Part shown: one piece after another, positions 49,556 to 60,367 of the stretch
Layout of the letters: every line of letters starts with the position of its first letter
Position numbering within the stretch: position 1 is the first letter of the stretch
Assembly (NCBI GenBank): GCA_049903315.1
Contig: JBNGBT010000001.1
Span: 32,001 to 96,000 of the forward strand
DNA length: 64,000 bases
From: Candidatus Cloacimonadota bacterium
GTDB lineage: Bacteria > Cloacimonadota > Cloacimonadia > JGIOTU-2
Direction of reading: 5' to 3'
Position numbers and translations under genes: made by a program
The notes under the pieces: model-generated
The model's input: the letters and a program-made list of their open reading frames with translations, nothing else
Databases searched by the model: none
What the model was told of the DNA's origin: nothing

Positions 49556-51967
49556 TTATTCATATTTCAATGATTTTACCGGATTTGAATTTGCTGCTTT
49601 TATTGTTTTGAAACTGACCGTCAGGAAAGCGATAGTGAGTGCTATCAATCCCGAAAAGAGAAAAACACCAATATTGATACTCGTTCTATATGCAAAAGTC
49701 TGTAACCATTTATTCATGGCATACCAGGCAATGGGCCATGCAATAAGATTGGCTAAGAAGACCCACTTAAGAAAATCCGATGAAAGCAATCTAACAATTT
49801 GTTCAATCGATGCCCCCAATACTTTTCTCACTCCGACTTCTTTTATACGCTGTTCCGTGGTATACGACGCTAATCCGAACAATCCTAGGCAAGCCACTAA
49901 TATTGAGAGAACAGAAAATAATGCAATTGTTTGCCCTGTTTTGACATCGGTCAGATAGAGTGCATTAAGATCATCATCGAGAAAAGTATATTCAAATGGT
50001 TGATCTTCTGTAAATTTCTTCCATTTAGTCTCAATAAGTTGTAGAGTTTTCCGTACATGTTCAGGTCGAATTTTCAATGATGTGTAACGGACATAACCCT
50101 GGTTGTCTGATAGGAAGCGGATTATCATCGGCTCTATCAAATTATGGAGAGAAGAGAAATTAACATCTTTTACAACACCTACGACGGTTACAAATTCACC
50201 TTCTTTTGCATTGCCAAATCTCTTATAAAATTTTGTTCCAATTGGATTTTCAAGCCCAAGTTTTTGGGCAGCTGTCTCATTAATTATAACTGAATTCTCT
50301 TCGTAATCAAAATCCCTGGAGAAGTATCTTCCTTGTAAAATTTCGAGTCCGAAGAGATCGGCAAAATTATCATCTCCATATGTGGTGAACAAGGTGGTTT
50401 TTTCTGAGATCTGGGTTCCTTCCATCTGATGACTGTTCGGTTCAAAGTGCCTGCCCGGTATGGACTCGGAATTTGAAATATTGAGGATTTCCGGATGCTG
50501 TAAAAGTTCCCGGCGGAAATTTCCGTAATTATCTCCAAGAGAATATCCTCTATGTATCACAAGGATGTTATCTTTATTAAAACCCAGTTCGCTCCTTTGA
50601 ACAAATCTCAATTGATTGTATATAATAACGGTGCATATAATTATAAGGATCGATATTGCGAATTGAAAAATCACCAGTGTATGCCGAAGAGTTAACCCCA
50701 AACGATTTTTTCTTATGAACCTGCCTTTCAATACTTCAATTGGCTTAAATGAGGATATGTAAAATGCTGGATAACTCCCCGAAAGTATCCCTGAAATAAA
50801 AATAAATCCCAGGAGCACTGGTATAATATAGTAATCCCCGAAAAGGTTAAAACTAAGATTTTTCCCGGTAAAATTATTCAAGAATGGAAGTATAAGCTCA
50901 ACGATCACAGTCGCAATACAAACTGAGATTGAGCTAATAACTATAGATTCAATAATAAACTGCTGAATAATTTGCTTTCTAGTCGAACCGATTGTTTTAC
51001 GAAGTCCGACTTCCTTCGAGCGTTTAATATAGAGCGCAGTGGAAAGATTTATATAGTTTATACACGCAATAAGAAAAATAAATAATGCGATACATGAAAA
51101 TACATACACATATGTCGGATTTCCTCTTTTACTTAAATCGTCATTAATTCCTGAACTAAGATGAATATCCTTAAGAGGTTGCAGAAAATAGCCATAGTAA
51201 CTTTTGTCATTTTGAGTTAACTCTTCGTATAACTCCGGATCATGATGCCTTCGTATGAAATCAGGAAACTTTTCTTCCAGTCGAGAGGGCAATATGCCAT
51301 CCTGAAGTACAATATATGTGAAATAGCTTAAACCCCCCCAGCTTGTATTCCAAGCGTTGGCAGTAGTAATGATCGAGGCAATAATATCATATTGAAAATG
51401 AGAATTTGACGGACAGTCCTCGAGGACTGCGGTAATCTCATAATTTCCTTTATAGGTACCGACGACCAGATGTTTCCCGATGGGATTATCATCACCGAAA
51501 TATTTTTTTGCGATACTTTCTGTGATCGCAATTGTAAATGGTCGTGTCAATGCTTTGTCGGGGTCACCTTGTGTGACATTGAGTGAAAAAACATTAAAAA
51601 TACTTGAATCCGCAAAGATGATTCCTTTTTCTAAAAAGCTCTTCTCCTTATAGCTTACCAGTCTGTTACGTGGCCAAAGAGAGATTCTTGCTGCGTATTC
51701 TACTTCAGGAAAATCATCCAGCATTGCCTGCATTAATGGGGGAGGAGAATACGCTCCTTTCAGTTCTTCTGAATCAATTTGACAACAGACTCTATAAATA
51801 TTATCAACCTTTTCATGATACACGTCAAAGCTAAGTTCATCGATCACGAACATCGTTATGAGAGTACAGCAGGCTATGCCTATTGCGAGACCGGTTATGT
51901 TAATAAAAGAGAATGCCTTATGTTTTATTAAATTTCGATAAGTTATTTTAAGATAATTACGGAACAT
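49556..51967 (-). CDS. ABC transporter permease, double MacB/FtsX type (P10)
   Basis: MFRNYLKIT..., KEVGLRK / KEVGVRK and NPVKSLKYE. Confidence 0.92.
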   Translation of the reverse strand: MFRNYLKITYRNLIKHKAFSFINITGLAIGIACCTLITMFVIDELSFDVYHEKVDNIYRVCCQIDSEELKGAYSPPPLMQAMLDDFPEVEYAARISLWPRNRLVSYKEKSFLEKGIIFADSSIFNVFSLNVTQGDPDKALTRPFTIAITESIAKKYFGDDNPIGKHLVVGTYKGNYEITAVLEDCPSNSHFQYDIIASIITTANAWNTSWGGLSYFTYIVLQDGILPSRLEEKFPDFIRRHHDPELYEELTQNDKSYYGYFLQPLKDIHLSSGINDDLSKRGNPTYVYVFSCIALFIFLIACINYINLSTALYIKRSKEVGLRKTIGSTRKQIIQQFIIESIVISSISVCIATVIVELILPFLNNFTGKNLSFNLFGDYYIIPVLLGFIFISGILSGSYPAFYISSFKPIEVLKGRFIRKNRLGLTLRHTLVIFQFAISILIIICTVIIYNQLRFVQRSELGFNKDNILVIHRGYSLGDNYGNFRRELLQHPEILNISNSESIPGRHFEPNSHQMEGTQISEKTTLFTTYGDDNFADLFGLEILQGRYFSRDFDYEENSVIINETAAQKLGLENPIGTKFYKRFGNAKEGEFVTVVGVVKDVNFSSLHNLIEPMIIRFLSDNQGYVRYTSLKIRPEHVRKTLQLIETKWKKFTEDQPFEYTFLDDDLNALYLTDVKTGQTIALFSVLSILVACLGLFGLASYTTEQRIKEVGVRKVLGASIEQIVRLLSSDFLKWVFLANLIAWPIAWYAMNKWLQTFAYRTSINIGVFLFSGLIALTIAFLTVSFKTIKAANSNPVKSLKYE
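49557..49740. repeat. 184-bp near-identical direct repeat (3' ends of P10 and P11)
   Basis: 12 mismatches in 184 nt against 51977-52160 by manual alignment. Confidence 0.85.
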
Positions 51968-51975
51968 TAAGCCCT

Positions 51976-54369
51976 CTATTCATATTTCAATGATTTTACC
52001 GGATTTGAATTTGCTGCTTTTATCGTTTTAAAACTGACTGTGAGGAATGCAATAATGAGTGCAATCAATCCCGAAAAGAGAAAAACACTAATGTTGATAC
52101 TCGTTCTATATGCAAAAGTCTGTAACCATTTATTCATGGCATACCAGGCAATTGGCCAGGCAACGATATTTGCAAGAAGTACAAGTTTTGAAAAATCTTT
52201 TGTCAGTAGGAATATGACCTGTCCGACTGATGAACCCAGCACTTTTCGTATGCCGATTTCTTTAATACGTCGTTCAGTTGCGTATGAAGCAAGACCAAAA
52301 AGCCCCAGACAGGCAATAACAATCGCAAGAATAGTGAAATACATAAATGTTCGTGCAAGGTTTCTCTCCGTCCTATGAATACGATCAAAATGCGTATCCA
52401 GGAAGAAATAATCATAAGGCATCGTGGGATTGATCTCTTTCCATTTTGCCTCGATTATATTGATCATGTGATAGATATTTCCAGGTTCCAGACGCATGCT
52501 TATATAGTTTCGATTGGGTGGATTGTAATACATGATCATTGGTTCGATTTTATCATGAAGGGGATTTACGTGAAAATCTTCTACGACTCCTACCACAGTA
52601 ATTGGGATCATTTCCTCTCCTTCAGTTATAAAGGGATCATGGAAAGTTTTGCCAATGGGCTCATCCCAACCTACATCTTTCACAAGTGTTTCGTTCACCA
52701 GTATGTTCATTGATTCATTTTCATATTCAGAGCTGAATGCCCTTCCTTGCGTTATATGTAATTTGAACGTTTCAATGAAGTCTTCATCTATATTGAAGGT
52801 TTTCATGAGCCATGGTTGCTCCTCGCTATATCCTTCAGGGAAGAAACCATGCCCCTGAGACGCTCCTGAACCAGGATAGTTCGATGATACACACACATCA
52901 ACTATGCCGGAAGTATTCTTAAGGTCTTCCTTAAACACAAGAGCTTGCTCTCTTGCTTCATTGCTTCGCAGGGGAAGGATGAGAACATGCTCTTTGTCAA
53001 AACCGAGCTTCTTCTGCTGAATATGTTGTAGTTGTTTCATAATAATTCCAGTACTCGCAATAAGCCCAATGGAAATGATAAACTGAAATACCACAAGAAT
53101 ATTTCGCAACGTAGATTTTTTGGTTTTTCCTAACAATTTCCCTTTAATAGTCTGTATGGGATCATGAGCAGAAAGATGAAACGCCGGATAGATGCCAGAT
53201 ACTATTGCAAGCAAGAGGAGAACTGAGATGCCGATAAAAATGTACGATCCCTGGGTTAAGAGTTCTAATTCTATCTCGAGACCACTTAATTGTTTAAAAA
53301 CGGGCTGCAGCAGTTCAACAAGAATGAGCGAAATCAGTGTTGCGATAATTGTGATAACAACGGATTCAAGCAGGAATTGTGTGATAAGATTCTTCCTGCT
53401 GGCACCGATAACCTTACGCATACCTACTTCTTTTGCTCGTATCAGATAATGTGCAGTGGTAAGGTTGATAAAGTTAATATATGCAATGACCAGAATAAAA
53501 AATGCAATTATCGAGAAAACGTAGACATAGGTTATATTTCCATCATTACCAAGATTGTATGAGTAGTGTGATCGTAAGTGAATATCTTTAACAGGTTCAA
53601 GGAAGAGGAGAAATTCCATGCCTGTTTGGTCCAATGTTATACCCATCTTATCCATTGCAAGATTCTCGATCTTTTTCTGGAACTCATCAGGATTGGTTCC
53701 CTCATTAAGGCGTATATAGTTATGAGCACTAAAAGAGCCCCAGTATTCAGGAATGTCATCAGTATATTCAACAGAAGTAAGGGCATTCATATGGAGATGT
53801 GAATTGGACTGAAAATCCTTGTATACACCTGTAATTGTGTAGTCAGTTGTTTCATTAAGGGATATTGTTTCTCCGACCGGATCTCCATTTTCGAAATATT
53901 TTTTTGCCAAGGATTCGGAAAGTACAATTGAATTTGGCTGCTCAAGAACTGTTTCCTTATCTCCCCTAATAATCTCATAATCAAACACTTTGAAGAAATT
54001 CTTCGTAGCGCCAGATATGTTCGTCTCATAAAATCTTTTTTCATTGTGCGTAACTAATTGTTTTGATGGATGAGAAAAAATGCTTGCAGCAGCTTCTACT
54101 TCAGGAAATTCATCTTCTAATACAATTGGTAACGGTACCATGGATACTGCATACTCGATTGGTTGAGTTGCGATCTCTCCTTTTATTGTAATCCTGAATA
54201 GATCCTCTGGGTTTTTATGAAAAGTATCAAAGCTCAGTTCATGAATGATGAAAAGTGCAATAAGGAAACATACTGCGATACTGACTGAAAGCCCAAGTAT
54301 GTTTATGATTGAGAGAGATTTATTCTTATATAAATTTCTAAATGCTATTTTAAGATAATTTCCAATCAT
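51976..54369 (-). CDS. ABC transporter permease, double MacB/FtsX type (P11)
   Basis: MIGNYLKIA..., KEVGMRK / KEIGIRK and NPVKSLKYE. Confidence 0.92.
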   Translation of the reverse strand: MIGNYLKIAFRNLYKNKSLSIINILGLSVSIAVCFLIALFIIHELSFDTFHKNPEDLFRITIKGEIATQPIEYAVSMVPLPIVLEDEFPEVEAAASIFSHPSKQLVTHNEKRFYETNISGATKNFFKVFDYEIIRGDKETVLEQPNSIVLSESLAKKYFENGDPVGETISLNETTDYTITGVYKDFQSNSHLHMNALTSVEYTDDIPEYWGSFSAHNYIRLNEGTNPDEFQKKIENLAMDKMGITLDQTGMEFLLFLEPVKDIHLRSHYSYNLGNDGNITYVYVFSIIAFFILVIAYINFINLTTAHYLIRAKEVGMRKVIGASRKNLITQFLLESVVITIIATLISLILVELLQPVFKQLSGLEIELELLTQGSYIFIGISVLLLLAIVSGIYPAFHLSAHDPIQTIKGKLLGKTKKSTLRNILVVFQFIISIGLIASTGIIMKQLQHIQQKKLGFDKEHVLILPLRSNEAREQALVFKEDLKNTSGIVDVCVSSNYPGSGASQGHGFFPEGYSEEQPWLMKTFNIDEDFIETFKLHITQGRAFSSEYENESMNILVNETLVKDVGWDEPIGKTFHDPFITEGEEMIPITVVGVVEDFHVNPLHDKIEPMIMYYNPPNRNYISMRLEPGNIYHMINIIEAKWKEINPTMPYDYFFLDTHFDRIHRTERNLARTFMYFTILAIVIACLGLFGLASYATERRIKEIGIRKVLGSSVGQVIFLLTKDFSKLVLLANIVAWPIAWYAMNKWLQTFAYRTSINISVFLFSGLIALIIAFLTVSFKTIKAANSNPVKSLKYE

Positions 54370-54397
54370 ATTATACTTCCTTTATGCTTATACATAT

Positions 54398-55525
54398 TTA
54401 ATATTTTGGAATTGCTTGCATGATCTCCTCACCGAGTGTGATCTGGTCACCATGCATACAGCAATTTGATAATAGGATAACTCCTGTTTTTGTTACATTA
54501 TTAAATCCTATATATGATGAATGACCTTGTGTATCACCACCGGACCAGATAATTTCTTGTTCATCTTCCAACTCTTTAACATACCATGCAATCGCTTGTC
54601 TACCCCATGATCCTATGTCAAATTGAGGTTGATGTGCAAGGTCCATTGCTGCATATAATTGTGAGTCATGTAATCCCATATTTGCTTTAAGATAAATAAA
54701 TAGATCATTCAAACAGGATTTGATAAACCCGCAACCCTGAAAGATATCGTGAGCAATGTAATACGGTACTTCTTCCATTTCATCTGAATAGCCTAACGAA
54801 TAGTTGGACATTTGTTCAGTTGTTAAGAAAAGAGAGCTTCTATCCATGCCGAGTTCATCAAATATATCTCTTTGCAGGACTGTTTCATATGAGGTACCGT
54901 CACCCAATCCGATAATATGACCAAGCAGTCCATAACCGGTATTTGAATAGCTCCATTGAGAGCTGGGTTCAAAATCCAACACACAATAATTGGTAAAATA
55001 ATCATAAATATCATCTGTAGTATAGACCCAATATGGATTTAAAGGATCGAAGCCACTGGGGATCGGATAAGACTGACCTTCTTCATGAGGAGTACGAGGT
55101 AATCCGGATGTGTGTGTTGCAAGATCACCAATGGTTATCTCAGTTCCATTGAACGTGGGTAATGTAACTTCTTCTGGGAGATAATGATTCACCGTGTCAT
55201 CTATATAGCTTCCTTGTAGATAGATGTTCGTAAGTAAGGTTGCTGTGAATGTCTTTGTTATCGATCCGATATCAAAGACCGTGTTGCCATTTGGAGCATC
55301 TTTTGATCCTAGCGATTTAACCCCATAAGCATATACTTTTTCATTTTGGTCTTTATCAATAATTCCGACGATTATACCGACTTGAGTATGGGGTTGTATA
55401 ATAGCGTCTATTTTTTCTTTTAATGTGGTAATTTCAGGGTTAATTATTTTTGAGTTATCACAACTACAAAGCAATATTAATAAAGAAACGATGATTAAAA
55501 CTAAAGAGATATTTTTTTTATTCAT
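54398..55525 (-). CDS. Lipoprotein serine hydrolase (AmpC/AmpH-like beta-lactamase fold)
   Basis: Lipobox-like LLCSC, FDIGSITK (SxxK), LATHTSGLP, YSN, and SGG in place of HxG/KTG. Overlaps the P12 stop by 8 nt. Confidence 0.88.
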   Translation of the reverse strand: MNKKNISLVLIIVSLLILLCSCDNSKIINPEITTLKEKIDAIIQPHTQVGIIVGIIDKDQNEKVYAYGVKSLGSKDAPNGNTVFDIGSITKTFTATLLTNIYLQGSYIDDTVNHYLPEEVTLPTFNGTEITIGDLATHTSGLPRTPHEEGQSYPIPSGFDPLNPYWVYTTDDIYDYFTNYCVLDFEPSSQWSYSNTGYGLLGHIIGLGDGTSYETVLQRDIFDELGMDRSSLFLTTEQMSNYSLGYSDEMEEVPYYIAHDIFQGCGFIKSCLNDLFIYLKANMGLHDSQLYAAMDLAHQPQFDIGSWGRQAIAWYVKELEDEQEIIWSGGDTQGHSSYIGFNNVTKTGVILLSNCCMHGDQITLGEEIMQAIPKY

Positions 55526-57908
55526 ATTTTATGACCTCCGATGGATTTGTATGAGCTGTTCTCAATGTTTGAAAACTCAGAACAATTATTGAAAGTAAAA
55601 TAGTAATCACACCTGATAGAAGGAAGATCAAAGGATTGATGCTGCTTCTATATGCAAAATTTAAGAGCCATTTTTGTATGATATAATAAGAAACGGGCCA
55701 GGCAATGACATTTGCGATGATGACCCAGAGTAAAAAGTTTTTATTAAGCAATTTTATTAATGTAGTTACTGAAGCACCCAGAACCTTCCTGATACCGATC
55801 TCTTTTGTTCGAAGCTGGAATATGAATAATGAAATTCCAATCAATCCTGAACACGCAATGAAGATAGCGAGAATACTGAAGTGTCGCATAAGCGTTATCG
55901 CTTTCATTTCATTTTGATATTTTTCATTGAATGCTTCATCAGCAAAGAAGTATTCTATTGGGATATGAGGGAAATTTTTCTGCCATACATTATTGATCTC
56001 ATTTATGACTTGTGCCAGGTCGTTCGATTGGATATTCAGGGTGAGATACTGGAAGTATCCGGGATAAAATTCAAAGAAAAGCGGCTCAATCTCCACATGC
56101 AGACTTTCAAAATTAAAGTCCTTAAAGATGCCGATGATCTTCCCGGTTCGACCTCCATGCCCTGTTTGGATTTCCTGTCCCAAAGCATCCTGGGGAGAAT
56201 TCCATCCCATATGTTTTATTCCACTTTCACTCATCATAAAAACACGATCTGGTTCGGTATCCAGTGATGGATTAAAATTCCTTCCTTCTATAACATGAAT
56301 ATCGTATTGAGGTAGAAAATCCTGATCGATGCTGAAGCAGTACATCGTAGTTTGTACCTTATCCTCGTTATTCTCGCTTTCAATTGAAAAACTTGGGTAA
56401 TTCCTACCTGGGAGCTGACCTGAGGCAGTTACACCCTGCACACCGGGAATTGTTACAAAGATATCCTTATATGTTTCATATTTATCGGGGAATTCTGTTT
56501 CTCTTCTCATCGTAAGTACAAATTTGTGGTTGGCATCATATCCAAGATCCTTATTTTGCATATATGCAACTTGTTGTTTCATGCTCAGCATCACGATAAT
56601 GATTACGATAGAAATGGCAAATTGCATAATGATGAGTCCCGGTCTGAGTATTTTATTCGTAAACTGTACTTTTTTCTGACCGAGTGAGTGAGATGTTGTT
56701 CTTAAGGATGCATACATTGCGGGATAGATACTTGTGGCGATACCTGCTAGAAGGATCAAAATGGTGAAGAATGCGATTTTAGCAAAAGGTAATTCCCTGA
56801 GATACAAGGTTGGAATTCCGGTAAAATTTAGGAAAGATGGAAGCACCAGTTCGATTGCTATTACGGATACAATAAGAGCCAGAAGTACTGTGATCATACT
56901 CTCGATAAGAAATTGATGAACAAGCTGACCCTTACATGCTCCAAGTACTTTTCGAATACCTACCTCTTTCGTTCGTTTGAAATATAGAGCAAGTGTGAGA
57001 TTTATAAAATTAAGACATGCAAGAAACAGCACAAATACACCCAGTAATCTGAAGATCACTATGTTACGTGCAGAGGATGAGACGACTATTCCACTATCGG
57101 TCAGTCTTTGCTTGCTGATCATAGATATCGGTTGTAATATAAAAGTATAGTCAAGACCGGAATCCTTGAATTGCTGAATAGCTTGTTCGTTAGAAAGGTA
57201 TTTTACTTTTTCCTGAACAAGTTCTAAGTTCGCTTCTGGACGTAGCTTCACAAATGTTTCAATGGCATGCCATAACCATGCAGAATTGTGAAATGCAGGA
57301 TCGTCGATAGTATAGATTGTCCTGAGAATATCATATTGAAGATAGGAATAGGATGGGGGATTCTCGATCACTGCACCAACAGTATAATCCTCATCACGTA
57401 TTGTCAGTGTTTGCCCGATGATATCTGTCGTGCCAAAATATCGTTCTGCAATTCGTCGCGATACAACAATATTGTCTGGATTATCAATGACTTCCAATGG
57501 CTTTCCCTGCAGTACTGGAATTGAAAACATGCTGAAGAAAGAAGGATCGACATAACGGTAGTGATCTTCATAAGCTGTATGGTTTGGTCCGGCAACAAGC
57601 CGGCTGCTCATTTCAAGATAGCGGCACGTAGATTCTATTTCAGGAATAGTTGATTCAAATTCGAGTGCTAAAGGAGGAGCTGTTGCTTCACTTATCGATT
57701 CGTTCCCAAGAGACATCTCTTTCTGGCAGATCCGAAAGATCCTCTCATGATTCGGATAGAATGTATCATAAGACATCTCGTGATTGGTGAATACAAATAC
57801 AAGAAAAAGGCCAGTTATGCCAATAGAGAGCCCCATGACGCTGATGAGCGTGATGATCTTATTTTTCAGCAGGTTTTTTATAGAACTTCGAATATAATTC
57901 TTTAGCAA
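55518..57908 (-). CDS. ABC transporter permease, double MacB/FtsX type (P12); TTG start
   Basis: GGAGG-TCTTC-TTG CTA AAG AAT TAT. Ends NPSEVIKYE. Confidence 0.9.
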   Translation of the reverse strand: MLKNYIRSSIKNLLKNKIITLISVMGLSIGITGLFLVFVFTNHEMSYDTFYPNHERIFRICQKEMSLGNESISEATAPPLALEFESTIPEIESTCRYLEMSSRLVAGPNHTAYEDHYRYVDPSFFSMFSIPVLQGKPLEVIDNPDNIVVSRRIAERYFGTTDIIGQTLTIRDEDYTVGAVIENPPSYSYLQYDILRTIYTIDDPAFHNSAWLWHAIETFVKLRPEANLELVQEKVKYLSNEQAIQQFKDSGLDYTFILQPISMISKQRLTDSGIVVSSSARNIVIFRLLGVFVLFLACLNFINLTLALYFKRTKEVGIRKVLGACKGQLVHQFLIESMITVLLALIVSVIAIELVLPSFLNFTGIPTLYLRELPFAKIAFFTILILLAGIATSIYPAMYASLRTTSHSLGQKKVQFTNKILRPGLIIMQFAISIVIIIVMLSMKQQVAYMQNKDLGYDANHKFVLTMRRETEFPDKYETYKDIFVTIPGVQGVTASGQLPGRNYPSFSIESENNEDKVQTTMYCFSIDQDFLPQYDIHVIEGRNFNPSLDTEPDRVFMMSESGIKHMGWNSPQDALGQEIQTGHGGRTGKIIGIFKDFNFESLHVEIEPLFFEFYPGYFQYLTLNIQSNDLAQVINEINNVWQKNFPHIPIEYFFADEAFNEKYQNEMKAITLMRHFSILAIFIACSGLIGISLFIFQLRTKEIGIRKVLGASVTTLIKLLNKNFLLWVIIANVIAWPVSYYIIQKWLLNFAYRSSINPLIFLLSGVITILLSIIVLSFQTLRTAHTNPSEVIKYE

Positions 57909-57917
57909 GAAGACCTC

Positions 57918-60314
57918 CTATTCATACTTAATAACCTCTGCAGGATTTGTTCTCGCTGCTTTGATCGTTTGAAAACTTACTGTAATAATTGATAGAAGCA
58001 GTACAGCAAAAGCTGAAAGCAAGAAAATCCAGGGTGGTTGTTCTGTCCGATAAGCAAATCCCTGAAGCCATTTATTCATGCCGATATATGCAAGCGGAGA
58101 TGCAATGAAGATCGAAATAAAGATCAAATGAATGAAGTCACCTGATAATCTGATCGTTATGCCGCTTACAGAAGCTCCCATAACTTTTCGGATGCCTATT
58201 TCCTTTGTTTTCTTGTGTACAAGAAAAGTAGTGAGACCAAACAGACCAAGGACTGCAAGCAAGATTGCCAGCAAGCAGAAGTATAATGCCATCTTTCCGA
58301 CTTGTTTATCGGATGCATATTGATTGTGGAGAACATCATCCAGGAAATAATATTTGAACATGAAATTTGGATTAAAACCCAGTAGCTGTTTCTTAATGAT
58401 GTTTAACGTTTCTTCAGTGGGTTTAGTAAATGTTTTAATGATGAGAAAATTTGCATTATCAGGTAGATTATATATAATGAGAGGTTCAATTTTATCATGG
58501 AGCGAGGATGAATGAAAATCATTGAGAACCCCAATAACATTCAGTTTTACCAGCTCCTCATTTTCACCTTGAAACGAGAAGGTTTTTCCAAGAGGTTCTT
58601 TCCATCCAAAGGTTTTTGCGGCAGTTTCATTGATTATCACACTTTCGGTTGGATCAGAGGGATAATGTTGGGAAAAATTCCTGCCATATGTAAAACGCAT
58701 CCCCAAGGCTTCCAGAAAATCTTCATCAACAAAGAGTTTTTGTCCCATCTGTGGTTGTTCTAACGGAAAACCTTCAGGATACATAATTGCTTTATGAATA
58801 CCAAATCCGGGTACTAATGATGAGAATCCAATTTTTTTGATGTGTGGAAGTTGAGAAAGTTGCTCCTTGAGGACCTCGGCAGACCTGTTCTGCAAAAGAA
58901 GTCTTGTATTCGGAACAACGATCAGGTTCTCCTGCTCGAATCCAGGTTCTTTGTCTTGCATAAAATTGATCTGGTTAAATATTGTAAGAGTCGAAATAAT
59001 AAGAATAAGAGAAATCGTGAACTGCAGAATCACCAGTGTATTTCTTAAATGTGCCTTGCTTGATGTTTGTAAAAATCCTAAACGAAGAGTTGCAACGGGT
59101 TTAAAGCGGGAAAGATAAAATGCGGGATAGCTTCCTGCTAATATGCCCAGGAGAACAGGAAAAAGAAGAATAAATCCTATTGCCATAACAGGATTAAGAA
59201 AAGTGAGATCGATATAAACACCGAAAATACTTTGCAAACTCGGTCGCACAAGGTCAATTATAACGAGTGTGATCATCATAGCAAAATAACAAAGTAAAAT
59301 AGACTCAGTAAGAAATTGTGCTATAAGTTGTCTTTTTCTTGAGCCGATTGCTTTACGAAGTCCTATTTCACGAGCTCGTACGCTTGCATTTGCAGTCGAA
59401 AGATTGATAAAATTGATACATGCTATTATCAAGATAAAAATTGCTATTGAAAAGAAGATATGTAATGTTTTTATATCTGACTGCCTTGCAATATCTCCTG
59501 CCAAATCAGACCGAAGATGAATGTCCATAAGAGGTTGCAAGAAGAAAGTAAGTTGAGCTCCAACCGAATTGAGCAACTCACCCATATGTGCATCGACAAA
59601 TGAAGTCAGCTTTGCTTCGAAGTCCTCGATCGAGGTATTTTTTTTGAGGAGAAGATAAGTGAAAAACTGGATATGGAACCAATTGTACATCGCATCATTA
59701 TCTTGAGAGACTAGTGTTTCAAACGATCCCATTATATTAAATCTAAAATGAGAATTGTGCGGGATGTCCTCAATAACACCCGTTATCCGATATGGTGAAT
59801 TATTAATCTCTAACGTTTCTCCAATTGGATTGATTTCACCAAAATATTTCTGTGCAATCGATTTTGTAATAACTGTAGTAAAAGGCTCTATGAGTGATGT
59901 TTGCAGGTCGCCACTTATAGATGGAAAAGTAAACACCTCGAAAATCGAATTATCCCCATGACAGATGCCTTCTTCGATAAAAGTCTTGTTACCTATTTTT
60001 ATAGTCGCTCTTCGAGGGCTTTCAAGTCTGGCTGCTTGAAGAACTTCAGGGAAATCCTCTACTAATTGTGGACCAGCATTTGGCATGGTCATAGGATAGA
60101 TCATGTGATTCCCAGCTTCAAAATCTACGCAGAGTCTATATATTTGTTCCTTATTTTTATTGAAACCATCAAAACTCATTTCGTAACCGATCCATATCAT
60201 AATAAGTATGAACGAGGTGGTGCCTAGGATCAACCCGATAAGATTGATCAAACTGAATACCTTGTGGTGCTTTATATTCCGAAAACTAAGAGTGAGATAG
60301 TTCTTAAGCATCAT
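57918..60314 (-). CDS. ABC transporter permease, double MacB/FtsX type (P13)
   Basis: MMLKNYL..., REIGLRK / KEIGIRK and NPAEVIKYE. Confidence 0.92.
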   Translation of the reverse strand: MMLKNYLTLSFRNIKHHKVFSLINLIGLILGTTSFILIMIWIGYEMSFDGFNKNKEQIYRLCVDFEAGNHMIYPMTMPNAGPQLVEDFPEVLQAARLESPRRATIKIGNKTFIEEGICHGDNSIFEVFTFPSISGDLQTSLIEPFTTVITKSIAQKYFGEINPIGETLEINNSPYRITGVIEDIPHNSHFRFNIMGSFETLVSQDNDAMYNWFHIQFFTYLLLKKNTSIEDFEAKLTSFVDAHMGELLNSVGAQLTFFLQPLMDIHLRSDLAGDIARQSDIKTLHIFFSIAIFILIIACINFINLSTANASVRAREIGLRKAIGSRKRQLIAQFLTESILLCYFAMMITLVIIDLVRPSLQSIFGVYIDLTFLNPVMAIGFILLFPVLLGILAGSYPAFYLSRFKPVATLRLGFLQTSSKAHLRNTLVILQFTISLILIISTLTIFNQINFMQDKEPGFEQENLIVVPNTRLLLQNRSAEVLKEQLSQLPHIKKIGFSSLVPGFGIHKAIMYPEGFPLEQPQMGQKLFVDEDFLEALGMRFTYGRNFSQHYPSDPTESVIINETAAKTFGWKEPLGKTFSFQGENEELVKLNVIGVLNDFHSSSLHDKIEPLIIYNLPDNANFLIIKTFTKPTEETLNIIKKQLLGFNPNFMFKYYFLDDVLHNQYASDKQVGKMALYFCLLAILLAVLGLFGLTTFLVHKKTKEIGIRKVMGASVSGITIRLSGDFIHLIFISIFIASPLAYIGMNKWLQGFAYRTEQPPWIFLLSAFAVLLLSIITVSFQTIKAARTNPAEVIKYE

Positions 60315-60367
60315 GAGACCTATTCATTTTTATTATCCTGAGTTTTATAAATATATAGATAATAATA

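Noticed and set aside
49557..52160. 184-bp repeat pair as a diversity-generating retroelement TR/VR
   Set aside because: The mismatches are not adenine-specific on either strand, both copies are coding gene ends, and there is no reverse transcriptase in the window.
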